A stretch of 64,000 nt of DNA, taken from the IMG/VR virus record IMGVR_UViG_3300045988_103180; one strand, 5' to 3'. The notes beneath the pieces were generated by a model that worked only from the letters and a program-made list of their open reading frames with translations, did not search any database and had not been told where the DNA came from. Both the position numbers and the translations under genes were made by a program. Below are positions 60,072-64,000 of this stretch, in pieces (the stretch's first letter is position 1; the number at the start of each line of letters is the position of its first letter). This DNA is from a virus.

Positions 60072-60100
60072 TAAAAGAAAAGGGAGCCGTTAGGCTCCCC
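60072..60100 (-). terminator. rho-independent terminator
   Basis: rc GGGAGCC-taac-GGCTCCC followed by TTTTCTTTTAC. Confidence 0.6.
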
Positions 60101-60106
60101 ATTCGT

Positions 60107-60820
60107 CTAAAGGTCAAGTGTTTTAAATGCCGCGCTTGCGTCTCGCCAACCTTGACCACGCGAACCGTGGCGCGTCTTTTTGTGCTTTGCCTTTGCCGCA
60201 AGCAAAATAGCTGCCTCAATACGTGCGTCTGAAAGCGCGGTGTGGTCCTCGGTAAAGTCGTGTTCACTGTTGATAAAGCGGTACACGCTTTCCGCACTAG
60301 TTGACGGGTTTCCGCTAGGCGTGAACGCTCCCGTTGCTACGCAATACTTTAGATAGCGCTTAGAGCTGGTAATGTTGCTTGCGTAGTCCCAAACGTCTTT
60401 AAGTCGTAGTTTAAAGGGCATGAACCACGTAGCGAAACCGTTTGAATACGTGCGCAACGTGTTGTTTAGCGCTATCTCGTCAAATCGACAATTGTACGCC
60501 CACGCGCTTTTAACGTTGCACTCTTTACAATCAGCTTTGAACGTGCGCCAAACCTCATTAAAAGACGATTCGACCCACTCACCCGTTTTAATTCCCTCAA
60601 GATAGGTAGGGATTTTATCGGCGTAGTAGGCGCTTTTCATGAGGTCAATTTGATAAAACGTATCAGTGACCACAAACGAACGCTCACGAATAGCGTTATT
60701 GTCGTTGTCGCGGATAGTATAGCCAAAGTCGTAAACCAAAGACGTCTCGGGGTGCGCCTTGTTATCCTTGTGGTTGACGGTTGGAGCGGTTTCACAATCC
60801 AAAACACAGAAGTTAGCCAT
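60107..60820 (-). CDS. DEDD (DnaQ-like) 3'-5' exonuclease
   Basis: Exo I FCVLDCETAP, Exo II-like WAYNCRFDEIAL, Exo III HTALSDARIEA. Start at the ATG at 60820 behind GAAAGG. Confidence 0.65.
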   Translation of the reverse strand: MANFCVLDCETAPTVNHKDNKAHPETSLVYDFGYTIRDNDNNAIRERSFVVTDTFYQIDLMKSAYYADKIPTYLEGIKTGEWVESSFNEVWRTFKADCKECNVKSAWAYNCRFDEIALNNTLRTYSNGFATWFMPFKLRLKDVWDYASNITSSKRYLKYCVATGAFTPSGNPSTSAESVYRFINSEHDFTEDHTALSDARIEAAILLAAKAKHKKTRHGSRGQGWRDASAAFKTLDL

Positions 60821-60895
60821 TTCAATACCTTTCAACTAGGCTTAACTTATTACACTAACTAGTATAGCGTTTTTTGTTGTTGCGTCAACCGTTTA

Positions 60896-61393
60896 TTATT
60901 CTACATATTTCCAACAAAAACCGTAGGCGTTATCTCTTCTGCCTTTGCAAGCGGCTGTAATGTTACAATGCCCGTCACGTTTGCCCAACCATCTTTCAGC
61001 GTCCGCAACACCACCAAAACGTTTAAGCGGTTGTTTTGTTTCTTTATCTAACATTAAAACAGGAACCGCTAACGTAATACCAATTCGTTTGTTTCTAGTA
61101 CCATAATTTGAATTTAAATAAGGCGTTGACCATTCAAGATTAGAAACGTCATTATTTTTTGGGTTTTCGTCTAAATGGTTGATTTGTTCCCAATGGTTTG
61201 GATTAGGTATAAACATTGTGGCTACTAATTTGTGCAATCGCCAATAATGCTTTTCACCATGCACACTTAGGACAATAGAGTAATATCCCTTTTTGTCTAA
61301 TTTTGGTTTCATAAAATCATTTATATTTTTGGAATAAACTCTACCATCTGAATAAATAATATAATTGTGGTTATCAGGGTATTCTTTTGTCAT
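60896..61393 (-). CDS. HNH homing endonuclease (NUMOD4/HNH_3-like)
   Basis: HKLVATMFIPNPNHWEQINHLDENPKNNDVSNLEWSTPYLN. AT-rich patch within the G+C-richer arm. Confidence 0.75.
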   Translation of the reverse strand: MTKEYPDNHNYIIYSDGRVYSKNINDFMKPKLDKKGYYSIVLSVHGEKHYWRLHKLVATMFIPNPNHWEQINHLDENPKNNDVSNLEWSTPYLNSNYGTRNKRIGITLAVPVLMLDKETKQPLKRFGGVADAERWLGKRDGHCNITAACKGRRDNAYGFCWKYVE

Positions 61394-61659
61394 TACTATA
61401 ATATCCTCCTTTCGTTAAGTATAGTATAGCATAAAAATATAAAATTGTCAAGTTTACCTTAGCTAACTCAAGGTACCTAACTGTAGAGAACGTGTCGCCG
61501 TTTGCGTAGCAAACGCCGGGGTCGGCGCATTCTGCGCCAACACCGAAGTCATAATGAGTAGGCTATGTTCGGTGCCATTGTCCTCCCGACCAAGGTTAGT
61601 ATAGCACTTTCAGGACGTGCAGCACGCGAAAAAAAGAAAAAGTTTTTTTAATTTTTCTC

Positions 61660-61688
61660 TTGCTTTTGGTTGTGTATTGTGGTAAAAT
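61660..61688 (+). promoter_or_regulatory. sigma70-type promoter
   Basis: TTGCTT-17-TAAAAT, followed by the same CGNCNCCAACTATGG start region as 58478. Confidence 0.4.
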
Positions 61689-61734
61689 CGCCGCCAACTA
61701 TGGCGTAATGGAAAAGGCACCTTAGTAGGTGCCT

Positions 61735-61881
61735 TTACATTAAAGCGTAGTTAAAGTACATAAAGAAGAGAAGAATAACGCCCCAATCAGTAATACCTAG
61801 AAATAATAAAACCAAACCAACGCAACCAATCGCAACAAGCGCCCACTTGATAGCGTTGTACGTCTTTACTGTTACTTTCAT
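61735..61881 (-). CDS. hypothetical 48-aa membrane protein
   Basis: Below the ORF-track cutoff. RBS AGGTGA. MKVTVKTYNAIKWALVAIGCVGLVLLFLGITDWGVILLFF... Followed by hairpin AAAGGCACC/GGTGCCTTT. Confidence 0.4.
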   Translation of the reverse strand: MKVTVKTYNAIKWALVAIGCVGLVLLFLGITDWGVILLFFMYFNYALM

Positions 61882-61938
61882 TTGTCACCTACCAATGTTT
61901 CACGTGAAACATTAGGGGAGCGTTGCCGCTCCCCAGCT

Positions 61939-62421
61939 CTATTCTAGCTCTTGGATAATAAGAGATTCTAGCGCGTCTAGCAAAGTAGTTTCGTCTTTAA
62001 TACGTACCGCCTTACCGCTTGACGTATCACGTTGCCATGCGTGGACGTTACCACTTTCATCGTCAAATAAAATGCCGCCCTTGTAGTTTGATACGCGCCA
62101 CTTGTTAGTGCCATGTTTGACCACGTGGACGTTATTCAAGTCGATAGCAGGGTAGTATTTGCGCAACCATGCGCGTTTATTCTTGCGTACCGCGCTATCA
62201 AATTGCTTAGTAGTCTTGCCTTTTGCCAACCAACTAACGACCTCGACCGCATAGCCGTAGCCCTGTAAAGCGGCAAGCAAACCGTTTAGCTTCTTGTAGT
62301 CTCCTAAAGGCTTAGCGATTAGGTAAGGCGCGGCGTTTTCTGCTTGCAACATAGGCAACCACCCGTTGACGTTGTAAAAATCACAAAGAGTGCCGTCCAA
62401 ATCTAAAACAATTGCTTTCAT
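61939..62421 (-). CDS. HAD-superfamily phosphatase
   Basis: N-terminal MKAIVLDLDGTLCDF (DxDGT nucleophile motif). 160 aa. Confidence 0.65.
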   Translation of the reverse strand: MKAIVLDLDGTLCDFYNVNGWLPMLQAENAAPYLIAKPLGDYKKLNGLLAALQGYGYAVEVVSWLAKGKTTKQFDSAVRKNKRAWLRKYYPAIDLNNVHVVKHGTNKWRVSNYKGGILFDDESGNVHAWQRDTSSGKAVRIKDETTLLDALESLIIQELE

Positions 62422-62546
62422 TATTCCACTTTCAAAGAGTGGGTAGGGCTTGCGCCCTACCCTTTGACTAACTAAAGACGCTTACCCTTACAAACGTACT
62501 CAAGATTAACGTTGTAGTCGAACTCTTCGCCCAACTCACGCACACG

Positions 62547-62711
62547 CTAAACGGAACTGTCAAGCTCTTTAGAATCTTCGCCACAATCCATGCGGGCAGC
62601 AACGATAGCAGCGGCGAGATTTTGCTCGCTATCAGCTTCAACGATAAAGTTATCGTAATCGTCAAGCGGATAGTCCGCGTCAATACCGTTAACAGAAACG
62701 AAATACAACAT
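62547..62711 (-). CDS. hypothetical 54-aa acidic protein
   Basis: My own reading. RBS TTGGAG 8 nt before the ATG at 62711. MLYFVSVNGIDADYPLDDYDNFIVEADSEQ... The overlapping 82-aa track ORF in another frame looks like low-complexity junk. Confidence 0.4.
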   Translation of the reverse strand: MLYFVSVNGIDADYPLDDYDNFIVEADSEQNLAAAIVAARMDCGEDSKELDSSV

Positions 62712-62766
62712 AACAAACTCCAATTCTAAAGGCGGGCGGGGAATACCCCGCCCTAGCTATCAGAAA

Positions 62767-63240
62767 CTAACGCGCCTTGTAAACATAAAGAACGTTAGTA
62801 CCGTTCGACTTGAACACCATCGTATCCACCTCAAAGACCTTAGCCTTAATCAGACGGTCGAAGAACTCTTTGAGAGTGTTGCGCGTATCTTTATTATCAA
62901 GCGTAACATAGGTGTTACCGCTATACCAATCACGAACCTTGTTAGTTTTGATAGCTCCAGAACGACCGCACAAATCGGAGAACGTGAACCATTCATCACG
63001 GTTTGCATTGAGAAACGCAACAAGCAGGTCAAGAGCATCCGCATGAGCATCGCTAATTTCGGTAGGCGCGGTACCAACCAAACCAGAAGTACCAACCGCC
63101 GCACGGTAAAGTGCATCGAAAGCCTCGTCTGAAAGCTCAACGCCCGTGGCAAGTACGCGCGTCTTGGTGGTGTTGTACTTGTCGGTGTGAGCCTGAGCCG
63201 CGAGACCGAGAGCCTTGTTGTAATTCTGAGCGTTAGACAT
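62767..63240 (-). CDS. hypothetical protein
   Basis: The ATG at 63240 sits behind TGGAG. 157 aa, balanced composition. Confidence 0.5.
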   Translation of the reverse strand: MSNAQNYNKALGLAAQAHTDKYNTTKTRVLATGVELSDEAFDALYRAAVGTSGLVGTAPTEISDAHADALDLLVAFLNANRDEWFTFSDLCGRSGAIKTNKVRDWYSGNTYVTLDNKDTRNTLKEFFDRLIKAKVFEVDTMVFKSNGTNVLYVYKAR

Positions 63241-63577
63241 TGCTAACTCCATTCTATCCCCGTTCGGGCGTGTAACTACCTGTTACTCTTACGCCCTCGC
63301 CTTTGGACAACTATTATTATGCGGTAAGTTGCCTAGTTTGGCAAGTATCAATTTGCCGCACACAATTCCTCCATAAGTCTCCTGGTCTAACCCTTTAGTG
63401 TAACATAAGTCAAGTGAAAAGTCAAACCGTGAGAGCGTGAATGCGCGAATACACAGAAAAAACAACTCTATCAAGTTGTGACCACTAATTCATAATTTTT
63501 TGCCCTTGCAAGCCCACAGAATCGCCTACAAGGTGCCATTTGGTAAAATGCCTACGCGCATAGGTACGACCAAAAGA

Positions 63578-63608
63578 GCCAAAATAAAAGGCTCCCACGG
63601 GAGCCTTT
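63578..63608 (-). terminator. rho-independent terminator
   Basis: rc AAAGGCTCCC-gtg-GGAGCCTTT followed by TATTTTGG. Confidence 0.6.
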
Positions 63609-63610
63609 AG

Positions 63611-63793
63611 TTAATGCGCCAAAGCGACAAATACCACGTTGCCGCCCTCGTCTACGACCGCGCACGTTGTACGTTCGCATTCAGCTATCGCTCGCGCCCT
63701 TGCCTTATGCGCCGCAAGTGAAGCGCTCGAATCGTAGCCCGTACATTTGTCAATGCTAAAATCTTTGGCATTGTCACGCTTGAGGTAGTACAT
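63611..63793 (-). CDS. hypothetical protein
   Basis: 60-aa ORF. Confidence 0.4.
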   Translation of the reverse strand: MYYLKRDNAKDFSIDKCTGYDSSASLAAHKARARAIAECERTTCAVVDEGGNVVFVALAH

Positions 63794-64000
63794 TATTCTA
63801 TCCCTTCTCTTGATTTACGACCTAAGTATAACACCTTTGCACGCGATAGCGCCCGACAATCTTAAAAAGTTTTTTCATGTTTTTTCAGATTGACGCTTGA
63901 CAGAAAAATCGCCCTATCCTATTATTATTATTAAGCTAGAGGACTGTGCATTTTTTGAGTTAGTTGGTCAAAGAAAAACCCACCCTTGCGGGTGGGCTTC

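Noticed and set aside
62421-62711. TAG read-through or recoding. The 54-aa ORF continues in frame through three TAG codons to a TAA that overlaps the HAD gene start (TAATG).
   Set aside because: The 42 extra codons free of TAA/TGA are not statistically compelling. Two of the TAGs lie in a terminator-like hairpin (GGGTAGGGC/GCCCTACCC). No tRNA with a CTA anticodon was found, and all other genes in the window close normally in the standard code.

Overview
The window reads as part of a large, AT-rich, Firmicutes-style (sigma70 TTGACA/TATAAT promoters, purine-rich RBS) virulent phage genome. All product calls come from motif recognition by eye, because no searches were possible.

(1) 1-21.7 kb, minus strand, is a replication and nucleotide-metabolism module. 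It holds a RecJ-like exonuclease, a DnaG-like primase, and a DnaB-like helicase split by a LAGLIDADG-bearing intervening sequence. It also holds a Sak4-like ATPase, SSB, ThyX, a DNA ligase and a two-subunit type II topoisomerase. An RNA-surveillance pair (a Ro60/Rsr TROVE-vWA ortholog and an RlaP-like nucleotidyltransferase) and an Rnl2-like ligase complete the module.

(2) 21.7-22.1 kb is an AT-rich divergent control region.

(3) 22.1-33.4 kb, plus strand, carries PNK-like kinase, SPFH, SpoU methyltransferase, PhoH, dCMP deaminase, a T4 Rnl1-like RNA ligase and other genes.

(4) 33.4-41.3 kb is an unusual RNA island:
- 11 canonical tRNAs and 3 aberrant tRNA-like genes.
- Two promoter-driven, circularly permuted tRNA-like RNAs that look like YrlA-class Y RNAs.
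- A six-member family of covarying structured RNAs.
- A roughly 0.75 kb ornate structured RNA.
- Two radical-SAM enzymes (one RlmN/Cfr-like) and a metallophosphoesterase.

(5) 41.3-55.1 kb is an array of about 45 small ORFs. They sit in promoter-leader cassettes with several tandem paralog families, resembling a host-takeover module.

(6) 55.2-64 kb is an iteron array with a Rep-like gene, followed by a visibly more G+C-rich, sparsely coding arm. That arm has palindromic operator-like repeats, minus-strand genes (DEDD exonuclease, HNH, HAD) and candidate sRNAs.

The most interesting hypothesis is a phage-borne Ro60/Y-RNA plus tRNA-repair and tRNA-mimic system.
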